From contig JYFJ02002922.1 in assembly GCA_000934665.2 (NCBI GenBank), positions 1-48,749 of the forward strand: a DNA stretch of 48,749 bases. Direction: 5' to 3'. The notes under the pieces were generated by a model that did not search any database, was not told the origin of the DNA, and saw only the letters and a list, made by a program, of their open reading frames with translations. The position numbers were made by a program, and so were the translations under genes. This document shows positions 24,422 to 48,298 of the stretch, piece by piece. Every line of letters starts with the position of its first letter. Positions within the stretch are counted from its first letter, which is position 1. The stretch comes from Catajapyx aquilonaris. Taxonomy: Eukaryota.

Positions 24422-25596
24422 TAGAACGAAGGTTAACTCAGATCAATCATCCATATCAGTGAAAATCTTGGGGACATTCTTGTTGTCAAGTTGGTTCTTG
24501 TAACAACAGACGCAAATAATGCCCTCCGCGCACTCCCGCATGCCTTGCAAGATGGACGTCAACATCCGCAGGAGCGTAACAAAATTCATCAATAAGGATC
24601 AGAGCTCAATTATTGTGTTTCACGCTGCATAACCACCGTTCCGCCAGACGAGTGCTCATTACACGAAAATAGCAATTTTCCACAGTACAATCCAGCTCTA
24701 AAGTACTCTTGAAAATTCCATAGTAAGTAAGTAGGCTAGCCTATATGAACATCAGAGTAATCACATCAACAAGCTAAATAACAATGTGATCTATATTTGG
24801 TATGGGTTAAGTTGGACATCCACTAATGCCCATCCATTGTGCCAATCCTCTATTATAGAGACCCAGTGATGGTCATTATTCAAACAACATGCCGAGCACG
24901 CAACACCGGCGGAAGTGGCCAATAAATCTCCATAATAGAAGTTGAAGTGTTCTTGTTCACTCAACTTGACACGGAAGCATATTAATATCCATATTACGTA
25001 CATGACCCTCCTGCTCATTGCAATCAAACGTTTGAGTATAGAACTAACGCAGGTGGTGTGCAATTATTTTGCGATCGAGATGTAGGCTAAAGCCCGACAC
25101 CTATTTATGACTGAAGAGCCATCTGTGAATCCTGCACGCTTCTTCTCACTTGCAAGAAAACCTGCAGAGAACGCTAGCGTCCCAACAGCCACTCTCTCAA
25201 ATAAACATACATAATAAATTATTACAACTAACCAGGTATAGCAAAATACATCTTCAATAGTTGTTACGTAACTGAACGTGTATGGCATCGTGATGCAAGA
25301 CATTTTTGTGCATGGCGTCTCCATGTAATGCGTTATGATATTTCTTTTTTCCGATACAGCCCTAATGTGCTATATATGCGATAAGGATATCAAAAGTAAC
25401 GTAAAAATGTCAGTAAAGACAAGGCCACACTTGTGTGTGAGAGAGAAACGGTCGTAATGCAGTAGGCTATAATAATGATATAACCTACAAATTCCATTGT
25501 ACACATAATTATGTTTTTTTCCTAGGGAGGGACCCAAAATGCTGTCCGTTTTCGCATTAGACAGATTCCTCTACAGTCAGCTAGACAGTATCTAAC

Positions 25597-26666
25597 CTGT
25601 GGCCAGTGTTAACCAAATTAAGAGTAAGGCAAATCTCCACATCTTTCAAGCTATTTGATTCCCGCATCGCATCAATTATTCTGTATAATGCATTTATTTG
25701 GGGACTTGAGTATCTGGACTTAATCGAGCAGACCCAGACCTTCTTCATGAAAAAATTTCTAACGTTGCCTAAGAATACAGCGGGATATTTTGTTAGGCTG
25801 GAGACAGGTCGTAGACCTTTAGCATTAAAATAATTAAAAATCGAATAAGCTGCCTTGTTAAACTAGAAAATATACAGTCAACCTCACTAATTAAAAGAAG
25901 TTTGAAGTATGCACTATCGAACACACAGTCCCACCCTATAAAAAGTTGGACATGGCTGGTAAATCGAGAATTCAATAAAATGGGAATGTCTATCCATGGC
26001 TGGTTACAAAATACAGAGAATACATCCATCCAAAGGATGCTAATCACATATATTGATGCAACGATTCAACAGGACTATACAGACCTAAACAATTCAAAGA
26101 GATATGCCAATTATGTATTACTTAACAATTCTCCATTTCTAGAAAATTATTTAACCTACAATTTACCGCTACATTCAATTAGACTTGTGGCTAACCTCCG
26201 AAATGAATCCGCCTGGTTCTATATAAACGGATACAAAATACAGCTTTTGGAGAACTACTGTTCATTATGCAATATCAAAGAAGAATTTACTATACACCAT
26301 ATGTTATACATTTGCCCGTTTTTTCTGGCCCGAGGAGAACATTACTACTCATATCACTTTCCTTTCACCTGCGTCAGGAGGGTCTCTGACCTGCACCTTG
26401 GAGGTGTCTGGCAACCTAACCTCCTGGGGAACAGCACATGACCCATAGCTACGACCTTGCACCTTGCACCCATGTTCCCTCCCCAAAAATCCCTATCCTT
26501 TCCCATTGTCCCTGTTTCCTTGCACCGGAGAATGAAGTGAAAATATATATACAGAAAACTGATGGTGGTATGCCACCCCCCTACAGCTCCCGTAAGGGAC
26601 ATCACGGGGTAAAATAAATAAATAAATAAATAAATTATTAATAATAATAATAATAATAACAATAAC

Positions 26667-26704
<38 letters not shown>

Positions 26705-26705
26705 C

Positions 26706-26783
<78 letters not shown>

Positions 26784-26970
26784 GCAAAACTATTGTTGGA
26801 AAATGCCGATATTATATTATGATTTGTTAGCATATCAGCAGTAGGCCTACTGAGCTCCCCCTGGTATACTATGATGCTATTGAACCTTGTGTTCTACTCT
26901 ATCATTGTGTTCTGAATTTTGTATTGGGGAAGCTCTCTCCGTCATAAGGGATAACCCCCATGACGTAATA

Positions 26971-27043
<73 letters not shown>

Positions 27044-27045
27044 GT
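25597..27045 (+). mobile_element. 5'-truncated non-LTR retrotransposon (RTE-X-like ORF2 C-terminus), interrupted by a SINE
   Basis: LFDSRIASIILYNAFIWG...IEQTQTFFMKKFLTLPKNT...VRLETGRRPL post-RT motif; CCHC knuckle CSLCNIKEEFTIHHMLYICP; stop/frameshift; 3' stem-loop (26941-26965) and (TAT)n tail; TSD ACAGTATCTAAC at 25585-25596 and 27046-27057. Confidence 0.85.
26358..26781 (+). mobile_element. 5'-truncated SINE family B inserted in LINE
   Basis: Body ttcacctgcgtcag...tcacggggtaaa plus long (AAT)n; lacks tRNA head. Confidence 0.85.
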
Positions 27046-27192
27046 ACAGTATCTAACAAAAGTGCTAGGGACATCCTATCTCTCTGTCAGGACCACATTA
27101 TTTTGCAGAGTAAACAAGTTTCCGCTACTGCAAAAGTAGCAGGTTTCACTGAACTGTAAATAAAAATAACATCATTGGTCTTATGATTATAT

Positions 27193-27515
27193 AATAATAT
27201 ATCCGGGTAGTGCTTGGCCTTCTCGGCATGTAGCACAGACCTTTATTTGTACGATGTACATATTTGGAACCTAATATTATTGAAGCGCCCGGGCCCACGG
27301 GCAGGATGACAGGAGGGGATGTGCAAGGTGCAGTGCATGTCTTAATGTGGCCATTTTTAGTGAACTCCCCCGGGTGGTTTAGTCTGTTGGAAATACCACC
27401 CGAGACGAAGCCAGAGGTGACCCTGAACTCTGCACGAGATGAAGGGGGTGTCCCCGGGCTGGGATCGAACCCGGGACCTTAACATCCGTCATGTCAGCAC
27501 CACTCCGCCTCCCCC
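27193..27515 (-). mobile_element. tRNA-derived SINE family A
   Basis: Homologous to 20938-21296; TSD GTCTTATGATTATAT at 27178-27192 and 27516-27530. Confidence 0.9.
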
Positions 27516-28314
27516 GTCTTATGATTATATTCCTCGCAAGTAGCGTTTTAAATACATGTAGACTATCTGATTTGCATGCTCTCTCAGTTGAATCGCAAAT
27601 TTGAAAAAGGCGGTAAGCGATGATTTTGGCGATTTTGAGTTATTCGCACCGTACAATTCTCCACACCAAGACACACGAAAACATGATACAAGAAAGATGC
27701 CAGTATCGCCGCCTATTCCCGCCAGAAAGCGGGCTGGGTACTTGCGTCTATTAAACTTACTAAAATAATACTTTTAAAATTTTTAGTGTAATAGAGCACT
27801 GTGTAATTTTATCACGCAAATTCCTGGCTTGCCGTCGATACATTCGCGAAGTAATTCGGATTATAAACGGCCGAGATAACTGAGGTGTGCAATTACCTTA
27901 ATTATGATTACACAAATGGCGATTTCTAAGTTTCAAATGTATCATTATATAGACAAAGATTTGGACTATCCAGGGTTCACAGGGGGATTTTTTTGGCCTC
28001 CGAGAAGTGTCTCAAAAAAATCACTTTGCGACGTAACTTCGGCAACTAGTCAAAAAATGACACTTTTCCGTGTTCTTCTTGCGATAGAAACTTACACAAT
28101 GAAGGTAGGTAATCAACTCGCATATATGTTACGTAGCTTTAAACGAGCTTTCTAACGATGTATAGCGTTATTTTTTGGACCATTTTCCTTGGAGTTATTT
28201 AGAGTCAAACACAAGGGCCAGTATTTTAAAAATCCCATAGTATAGTCCAGTTCCTTTTCCACATTAGCCGTCTATGACTGCGATGTATAGTGTTAACAAT
28301 ATAGGATTATAGGT

Positions 28315-28676
28315 GGGAAGGCGTGGTGGCAGAGATGGTAACGTCTCGGCATGCTGTGTGGAAGGTTCCGGGTTCGATCCCCGCCCGGGAGTTCCCTTCC
28401 GCCTGCGTCAGTGGGTCTCTGCCCGCGCCTGAGAAGGCGTCTTGGAAGCCTAACCTTCTGGGGGACTGCACATGACCCATATCCGACATTGCACTTGCAC
28501 CTGTGTCCCCTCCCCAAAAATCCCTATCCTTACCCCATTTCCTTACTTCCCTGCGCGGAGAATGAAGAAAAAGTATAAAAAATACTAGAAAACTGATGGT
28601 GGTATGCCATCCCCCTATAACGACTTACATTTGTATCACGGGGTAAATAATAAATAATCATAATCATAATAATTAT
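28315..28676 (+). mobile_element. tRNA-derived SINE family B
   Basis: Full head and body; 17-bp TSD AATATAGGATTATAGGT at 28298-28314 and 28677-28693. Confidence 0.92.
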
Positions 28677-29293
28677 AATATAGGATTATAGGTAGGTTAT
28701 ATGTATAAAAAAGGACGCGCCGTATTTTGTCCTATGTTATTTTGAAATATGAAAGATCGCATTATTTGCGACCTTGCCTTTGGGTTTGATATTCGACAGC
28801 AATAAATTATGGCTTATGAATTGGAGAATTATTTTATATTGTTCCCTTTATCACCCCCTCCTTGTTATATTATTTTTAAAAATTCAGCGAGCGTTTGTGA
28901 ATCACAATCTCTTCGTGCAATCTTTTGTTATAGGAAATTTAAGAACAATACAAATTATTTTCCTGGCATTTTGTCTAACTATGCACATGGCCTTGGAGTT
29001 TGTTGCGCACTGTATGACTCATTGCACTGCTCTAAAGTTCCAGGAGGTGAGCTACCCAAAATATTTTGTCATCTGATTGCTTGTGAGTTGAAAGAGATGA
29101 ATGCCGCAATGCGCATCCTGACCCCACTGAAAAAACATTCGAAACAATAAGGAGAGTGGAGTCCACCGGGGTGAAGGTGTGAGCAGGCCTTCTAAGGCCT
29201 ATCCCAGCTCCAGTAGCATCCTGTTTTGGGGTCAGCTTCTCTTCGGGATCCTTTTTAGAGACTTCAAAAATATCTCGAGGCTGCCTGGCGCGC

Positions 29294-29340
29294 CATCTGC
29301 CACGTATAAAGATGCAGCAAGAGCCGATTCGTTTCCCCAC
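29294..29340 (+). promoter_or_regulatory. Core promoter of Mlc1 (TATA box)
   Basis: TATAAA at 29305-29310 preceded by E-box CATCTG, ~90 bp upstream of the ATG/gtgagt first-exon end; a pyrimidine-rich leader follows. Confidence 0.6.
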
Positions 29341-29399
29341 TTCTGGTCCTACTTTCCTTCTATTCTGTACACAGCAACACAAGAGAGGCAGTCAAGATC

Positions 29400-32387
29400 A
29401 TGGTGAGTGGATCTTCGTCACTGTACTACATTTATGCCTGTTTCTGTGTCGAGTGGGGGCATAATTGATCCTTCTTTCTGGTCATCTCCACCTAGTCATC
29501 ACGCGTTTTCTAAATTTTGAAAGTATTCTGATATATACTATTACTTAATTGTATAGAATCAGTGGATTCGAATTGTATTTTTTATTACTTCGAGTGAATC
29601 ATTGCTGGGCTCGTGATAGATGCAATATTCGATCAATCAAGTGCCGCAAGTGAAAGATTGTGAATCATGCAATTGCATAGCCCAAAAGTGCAACATTTGT
29701 GTTCCCAATATGATGTCACAATCATGCAGTAAGTGTTGACCTAAAACAAAATTATGCAAGGTGATTATAAAATGGACATATCTAACAGGTGACTGACATA
29801 ATATGTAGAAATATTGCTAGCTAAAATTTTGTACAAAAATGGAGCCCGTAAGGTCTAGCATGAACTCAGTTTCCCCTTTTTGTAGTTTTTGCATGTCTAC
29901 CACGTGCTAAAGGTTTTACGTAATTACGTACATAAAGTCATTCACTGTGTACTCTTATCCGGTACGATTTTGTAACTGAATATTTTGTGAATCTGACCCA
30001 AAATTTGTGTCATTTCAGGCCAGTGACCTTAGTGCCAGGGACATCGAGAGTAAGTAAACGCATTCCTTGAATAACTTGTGTGTGACGTGAACTTGGGTTT
30101 TTGGGTAAGACAAAATGCGTGGCACTAGCTCGATTGCGTAACCCATTTCATTTTTGATCCCAAGGTTGGTAGACTATAGCACAGCATCCTGAGAATGGAA
30201 CCAGAGCCGCCTGCGTGCATGCCACACGTGGTGTATATTTAGCTTGCCTGCATATAAGGTTGGGTGGGAGTGTAAAGGCGTGGTTGGCTCAGGGGGGGTA
30301 TCACCAGGGGCTATTTATGGCAAGGCCGGGATCAGGGGTGCTCCAGATCAGCTTCCCCTTGCTTGCATCATCCTGGATGTTGAGGAATTCGGAAGTGAAG
30401 GATTGGATTAGTCCTGGAACCTCTTCGACTATTTTATGGGACTACATGACTGGAGTTACACACTACCCCGTAGCTTAGTGGTAGAGCACAGCTTTCGCTC
30501 TCAAGGCGAAGCTTGGTCCCGGGTTCGATTCCCGGCGGGGATTACACTCCCACTTCGATCTTGTCCCAAAAGAATATCACACTTCCAGAGACAATTTGAA
30601 AGAATTGAAACATAAAATTACGATGGTGCGATATTCTGTCGATGGGTTTCCTTCGACTAAGGTCAATCGGATTTTACTATTCAGGCTGTTTTGGCCTATG
30701 TTCTAAATATCTCAACAGCTCAAGAGATGAATAAGCAACACAGTGCATAATTTTTGAAAAACATTAGCACACTTAGTAATCAAACATAATCACCATTAAG
30801 TTAATATTGCTTTTGACAGTTTGGAAATGAATATTTACCGAATTAAATAGCGAAAGCTTATTTTTAAATGCATGACGGTTAAGCACATTTACGTCAATTT
30901 GATAGGAATTTTTACCAAATGCCGTGAGTTACAGGCTAATTGTTATTTAAACACATGCACCATTCCAGGAAGGAGTGCTTTCTCTCCCAATGAGGTTGAC
31001 ATTACACTACAATGAAGTAAACTGAAAAATAAATACGCATTAATATTATGAACTAGATTTGACCTGTAAGAGAAAAATTCTTGCCCACCCCGCATGTATT
31101 CCGTTAAATTCTATCCCTCTTGGGTTTGGCATATTCTGCCTTTTTCCAGGGGCCAAGTTCGCCTTCTCCATCTACGACTTTGATGGCAGCGAATCCGTCG
31201 ATGCCTTCAACCTGGGCGACATCCTCCGAGCCCTGAACCTCAACCCAACCCAAAAGCTGGTTGAGAAGATGGGCGGCACCAAGAAGAAGAGTAAGTTCCT
31301 CTTATTCCCCACTCATTTTCACCCGAAAAACTCGACAATGATAATTATTATTACTTGTATTATTATCATTACCTCCAGACGAGAAGAAGATGAAGGTGGA
31401 AGAGTTTCTGCCAATCTTCTCCCAAGTGAAGAAGGACAAGGATGTCGGCAACATGGAGGACTTCATGGAGTGCCTCAAGCTGTACGACAAATCCGATGAC
31501 GGCACCATGATGGCAGCTGAGCTTTCTCACGTGCTGCTTTCCCTCGGTTAGTAGTTGAATTGACCCTAAAGGTACTACACATTGATAATACTGACAAGTG
31601 AGATACCTGTATATTAACCCTTTTGAAGCACATTTACGGAGGGTTGGGAGCGAGGGCTTCCTCGCGTGTTCGGAAATTATAATACTTATACGATGGCATA
31701 TTCAAAATTTACCATACGTCGCCATTGAACCTATAGGCAATTTTTCGTCAAACAAAATCTATTTCAAATAGTAATGGCATATCACATTATCATGTAGGTG
31801 AACGCATGGAGGATGATGAAGTGGACACCATCATGAAGGAGTGCGCTGACCCTGAAGATGAAGATGGATACATCCCCTATGCTCGTACGTATATTTTCTT
31901 CTTTGACCTATCAATAGCTCTTCAAATTAATTATATCAAGAGTGTATACTGTAGAATACGCCTAATATGAGAGGTAGAAATCACTTCCAGAGTTCCGATC
32001 GCGAGTCATTGCACCTTGTCCTGCAGATCCCAGTAAAAATATTCTGAGCTATGCTACAAGTACAGTAATAATACATATTGTAGATATGACCCACCCTCGA
32101 GTCATAATTAATTTAGTTCCCTCATAACTGCAGAAATCAATTATGCAGTTAGATATTTCCCCTTGCTCCTGCATATTTAGAATGATAGTAGCAAAAGGAC
32201 AGCTATTTTACTTACTTATATTGAATGAGCATGACATTTTTTCCAGAATTCCCGGCGTAAATAGCAAAAAGAGCCGATTCCGAGTAGTGCATAGTATAGG
32301 CAATTTTTTTATTGGTTTTATCCCCGTCCTCTTCTAGCCTTCCTTAAGAAGTTGCTTGCGGGACCTTACCCAGAAGCCTCACAATAA
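29400..32387 (+). CDS. Mlc1: Myosin essential (alkali) light chain, isoform ending in exon 6a (spliced gene)
   Basis: Exons with GT-AG and consistent phases: 29400-29402 (ATG only), 30019-30049, 31150-31290, 31379-31546, 31798-31884, 32338-32387. Spliced product [159 protein letters not shown] is a typical EF-hand arthropod muscle alkali light chain. Confidence 0.95.
30220..30325. promoter_or_regulatory. Candidate intronic muscle enhancer in Mlc1 intron 2
   Basis: Cluster of E-box CACGTG (30225-30230), MEF2-like GTATATTTAG (30233-30242), CArG-like GCATATAAGG (30250-30259) and MEF2/CArG-like CTATTTATGG (30311-30320); the AT-rich sites each deviate from consensus by one base. Confidence 0.3.
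30465..30541 (+). pseudogene. tRNA-like cloverleaf with hairpin-replaced anticodon arm (Mlc1 intron 2)
   Basis: CCCCG/CGGGG acceptor, TAGCTTAGTGGTAGAGC D arm/A box, CCGGG-TTCGATT-CCCGG T arm/B box; no canonical 7-nt anticodon loop with U33. Confidence 0.7.
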
Positions 32388-34295
32388 AAAAACAATGTGA
32401 GCCATGTGAGTAGATATGATCAACACATGTGAGTATGTGAAGCGAGAAGTGCGGATGTTCACTTTTTCGTCTACGTGCACTTTATTTGGCTGCAGATGTC
32501 TCTTTGAGTTTCTCGTTACTCACAGGTTTATTCAACTGAATATGTGCAAGTCTCTCGCAAAAGCTCTTCTCAGCTTACTGTATACATCAGGGCTGTATTA
32601 ACCAGTCTGATAACATGATCATGCACGGCCACTTAGCAGGGCACCCTCAGTGAATTCAAAACTTGGTTACTGTGAAATAAATGCACCAGATATCAGGACA
32701 TGTGGCGTGGAAAAAGTTGCCTCGTGTAGAAAAGTGACACTAAAGTACACTTCCTAATTCGAAACTAATTTCACTTGTAGAGATTTTTTGTGGTATTTTG
32801 AGCAATGATATTGCACTTAGCATCCAAGTTAACCACTGAGAAATGTCTGCAATTATTCTTTCTTTGAAAGAATATTGTTAATACAGCCCTGAATAACGCT
32901 GCTATGAACACGCCATCGCTAAAGGTTTCTTCGCTTCTAAATCTCAGCAACCATGCATGAGACATAAAGTATAACGAAAAGCAACTGAAATGAACAATAT
33001 TATAATTTAACTAACGAGGATGATTCACGAAAGGCAATTCCAACTTTTCCAAGTTATGCAGTCTAATTACACATTCGTAATAATTTTTAATTTAAATGAC
33101 TTGTTATACCTGCATTTTCCATCGCCCTAGGCCCGTATCTAAAAAAAATATTTCAAATGACAACTTTCTAAGAAGTTACTATATTATTATTCTCTTCAAG
33201 TAGTATTATATGAAGAAATTCCCAAAATTACATGAACTTTACTGCAATCTCAGATCTTAGAAGGGTTCTTGATTACTTATCGCCAATTAAAATCAGGCAA
33301 TGATTTATGCACACTTTCATAAATCACCCTTGTGCTTACTAATGTAGTTTCCTTTGCTGCAAAACCTAGAACCATGCCTTTTCCTCCTTCCAATGCCATT
33401 CTAAATAATAATTCCTCTTTTGCATCACTGGTGACGTTTTAATGTGAAATTATATTTGAGCTGCGCTTCGACTCATTTTTTCAGATGTCTATTACACGCT
33501 TCTTCATAATATTAAGAAAATATATGTAAATGTGAGATTTTGCTTCATTTTTCGTACAACATTTACGCCAACTCAATGTTTATGTTTTGCGCCTCTTTGT
33601 GTTCTTATGTTTTAATATGCAAATTGTGGCATTGTTATATATTTTTTTCACTCCTTGCTGGGGTAACTTGATTTACAGACTGTTTGGGAAGTATGAGCAT
33701 GGATGCCTCTTTTGTCTACAATAGAATAAATTGAGTGAGTTGGAAGAAGAAGGGCGCATCCCAAATCTGCAAACCCGAAATTTTGTACTTAAATCTCTTG
33801 CAATGTTACCTGCCATCATTATATGAAAGTTTACGCAGATTGGGTAAGTCCTTTTTAGTCTGGCACAAAAGCGGAAACAATGCTGCTTGCATTTTTAGCA
33901 TTGTGGGGCAAGATATACTGGCATCAAAATTATACGAAACATGCATTGGACAGGATTTATGGGGAAAATATAGCAAACCCCCAAAAATTAAGAGGGAAAT
34001 AATTTTGCAGAAGTAAAGTCTTCTTGCTCTCCTGAAAAGTTGGCCCTTCTTCCGCTGACCCACTCAACTCATTTGCCACCTGGGGCATTCCTAGACCATT
34101 AGAAAATGAGGCATTAACATTCAGATACAACCGCCGTACCGGCTGTTCAGCTGCATTCCTGAGTTTCGCAATTAGCAAGAGAAAAAATAGCATTACGTAA
34201 TAGCTGGTGCGACACCAGAAAAAGCAGCCAAGTTTATCCTTCCCAAATAACACTAGCACTGTGATCCAAATGTAAGATATTGTCCTATGTTTCAG

Positions 34296-34354
34296 CTTTT
34301 GTCAAGAAGCTCGTGGCGGGTCCTTTCCCTGAGGCAGCAGAAGAGAAGGCGTAA
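34296..34354 (+). CDS. Mlc1: Alternative terminal coding exon (6b) of the myosin alkali light chain gene
   Basis: Acceptor tttcag at 34290-34295, same phase as exon 6a; encodes (P)FVKKLVAGPFPEAAEEKA*, clearly paralogous to 6a (P)[15 protein letters not shown]. Confidence 0.88.
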
Positions 34355-35519
34355 ATTGGATCAATGAAAAAGTTATATATAATACATCGAGTTCTAAAGA
34401 AGTGTACAGTCAACATCATGAGAAAAGGACCTATTACTCGAAGAAAGTTTCAGGAGTCATTTCCATAAGGGCAGGGGATTATAATTTTTTTTAATGAAAA
34501 TGGGGTAGCCACTTGCAACTCATTTTCAAAACCTACTTCCATGGTCAGTTCTGGACTCTGCCTGACCAGAAGTTATATCTTAAGAATTGCCGCCAAAATA
34601 TCGGCTGTCTCTCTTTGTTGTTAAAGTCGGGAGTAAACTGCAGATCTAGAACTGACCGATGGTATCCACACTTTCTATTCTTTGCCAAGACCCAATATCT
34701 TCAGGCGTGAATATAGCTGGGATTAGTGATCAGCCTCATCAGTCAGCCCACCCAAGCAAGAAAGAAATGACCACAATTTCCGTCTGTATTCACAGCCTAG
34801 CCGATGTCTAGGTTACTTAGACTATCGTATTAAAGGCTATCAAATTCACTTCTCGAGCTTTTCATTCTACTTTGGTAACTGGAATGCAGCATTGTTTATT
34901 TTTTTTGAAGTTTTTAATAGTCCTCTCGAGCCGTTTCCAGTTGCAATGAAGGTCTGCTGATGTACAATGCAGTACAATTTTGTGTTGGAGTGTACAAGAC
35001 CACTATAGGCATGGATTTTAATGATGTACTGAATTTTCCTAATAACGCAGTAGTTGTTACAGGTGGCGCCATAGCTCTCAGGACACGGGTAAGTTATTAT
35101 TGACAATAGCAATATTATGTTTGATACGGGTATGTTAAGTATACCTGTACCTTGGTTACATAACAAATATATGCCAGTGCCTTACTATTCATACATGTAA
35201 AAATCCACGCATAGGGTATGCGCTGTTCAGTAAGCATAAAAATATACTAATATATATACAGTACTTGGGTGTGTCCTAGAGCGCAGTATTTTTATGACAA
35301 TGCGCTACAGCTAGTTATTATTCTTGAAACATGTGTCACACTTATACCTCCCCAAAAATTCTCAAATAGCCGTCATTGCGCAGGGCCATCAAAAATCGAT
35401 ACTTTTCTCGGTTTGTGCTCCGATAAAAAGTATCGAATTAGATCAAAATAATGTGGCCATTCTTATGTGTTACACAGATTTAAACAAGGTCTCCGATTAC
35501 ATTTTGCATGAATATTTTG

Positions 35520-35522
<3 letters not shown>

Positions 35523-35592
<70 letters not shown>
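35523..35592 (+). repeat. (AAT)n microsatellite between the convergent genes
   Basis: Directly visible. Confidence 0.92.
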
Positions 35593-35593
<1 letters not shown>

Positions 35594-35969
35594 GCTACCA
35601 CATGACATTCATGCAGATATAAAGTATAAAATTATTATGTTACTAGTATATATAGGTACACTAGGTATGACTGTGGCTGCTGCTTCTTAGGCTCTGGCAT
35701 GCTTTCCAAAAGGTATACAAATACATTACACTGATTGCAGTATTAATGAATATGAGTTTTAAAAATCCAGTGAACGTACCTGACAATTTTAACTGATTTC
35801 ACAGACCCCAGACTCAAGGTAGCTATCCTTTCACGATTTCAACCTTTGACCTGCTCCTCCAGAAGGTGGCACGTGGGCTCCACTTTCATTCTATAACTGG
35901 GGTGATAGAGGAGACAGCTTTGCGCCAGATTGCGCGAGACCGTCAAATAGAACAATTTTTCATGAGATA

Positions 35970-35975
35970 TTTATT
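35970..35975 (-). other. Candidate polyadenylation signal of collagen gene
   Basis: AATAAA on minus strand ~500 bp after the stop codon; a second one lies at 36179-36184. Confidence 0.35.
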
Positions 35976-36480
35976 GAATCCAGAGCTAGCAATTGGCCCC
36001 AGATGTCATGTATCATTGAAGAGTAATACGCGCTTACACGCACTCTGTCAGTATCAGAAAGGAGCAGAATGGCAAATATTGTTCATATTATTTGGCTGTT
36101 TTTCATATTTGGATAGTTCTACTGTATGGTTTGTTGTCACATTCATTCTTCAAGAGAAAGTCGTAAGTAAAACAATTTTTTATTTCAGAGCACACTTTAA
36201 AATCACAAACGTACGCTTCATTTCCAAATTCTGTACAATATAAAAACTTCCCATAAGTGGCAAGACAGTGTTTGGCGCAAAGTTTCACAAAAAATGAGAC
36301 ATAAAAAAGGTCTGGAACACAATACTCCCTATACAGTGCAGCTAAATGCGGCAGAAATGCGCCTCTTCCTACCTACAGTATTTTATATCAATAACAGGAG
36401 GAACACGTTGAGTGGCTTCACAAAATACATGGCAGAAAGTACAGGTTTAAAGCACTGTTCAGTTTCGGCAGTGATTTTTT

Positions 36481-47482
<11,002 letters not shown>

Positions 47483-48222
47483 CTGAAAAAAAGAGCGAGG
47501 CTCCAGTTGTACTCAAAAGAAACCAGGATGACACAGTGCTCAAAATATGTCACTAACAGTAAGTTATTTCATGAAGAGGACTACTGCATATCGTTCCGCA
47601 TGCCAGACTCAAGAAATGCCTCACAGATTTATACTGTAATACAAGCATTTCCTGGCCTTTTATACTCATGCTCGGAGGTAGATGAAACTTATTGTTGCAG
47701 AAGGAAAACAAACAAACAGCCTTCTTAATGTCCAGTAAACACTCCTAAGAAGGGGGTTCCGCAATATTATAGCCACTCCTGCGCTGAATATGGCAAGTTC
47801 TGGACCACTCGCAAAATATTATCGCTTCCAGAAAGTACTGCATACCCTCAGCGTGTAGCAGCCCTGGTAAAATTGCACTACATCATGTCAGATATTCTAT
47901 AACTCTGCTTACAGGCAATGTAGGCACCGGTGTAGGTTTCAAACATCTCTCATACAACAGTGAAAATACTTATCCAATATGAATCAGGACAAAAAAACAT
48001 ACTAGCATTAGCAGTGCACAAATTGTTTTAACAACCAACTATACTTACAAAAAACTGCAATCAAGTTAAACTCAAATTATTACTTTCTATTATACGGTTC
48101 AACATACATTAGGCATATAGCGTTCATTCATTCATTCATTTCCTCACGGCATTAATCCCAGAGTGGGGTAGTCAGCGATGACTGGTGTACTGTACGTGTA
48201 CACAGTACAGCTAGCCATAATA

Positions 48223-48298
48223 GAATCACTTTTTATAAGAAGGGAACAAGTCCAATAACTTTAAGTTGGACTTGTTCCCTTCTTATAAAAAGTGATTC
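48223..48298. repeat. Perfect 33-bp-arm hairpin, 10-nt loop
   Basis: GAATCACTTTTTATAAGAAGGGAACAAGTCCAA-taactttaag-TTGGACTTGTTCCCTTCTTATAAAAAGTGATTC. Confidence 0.9.
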
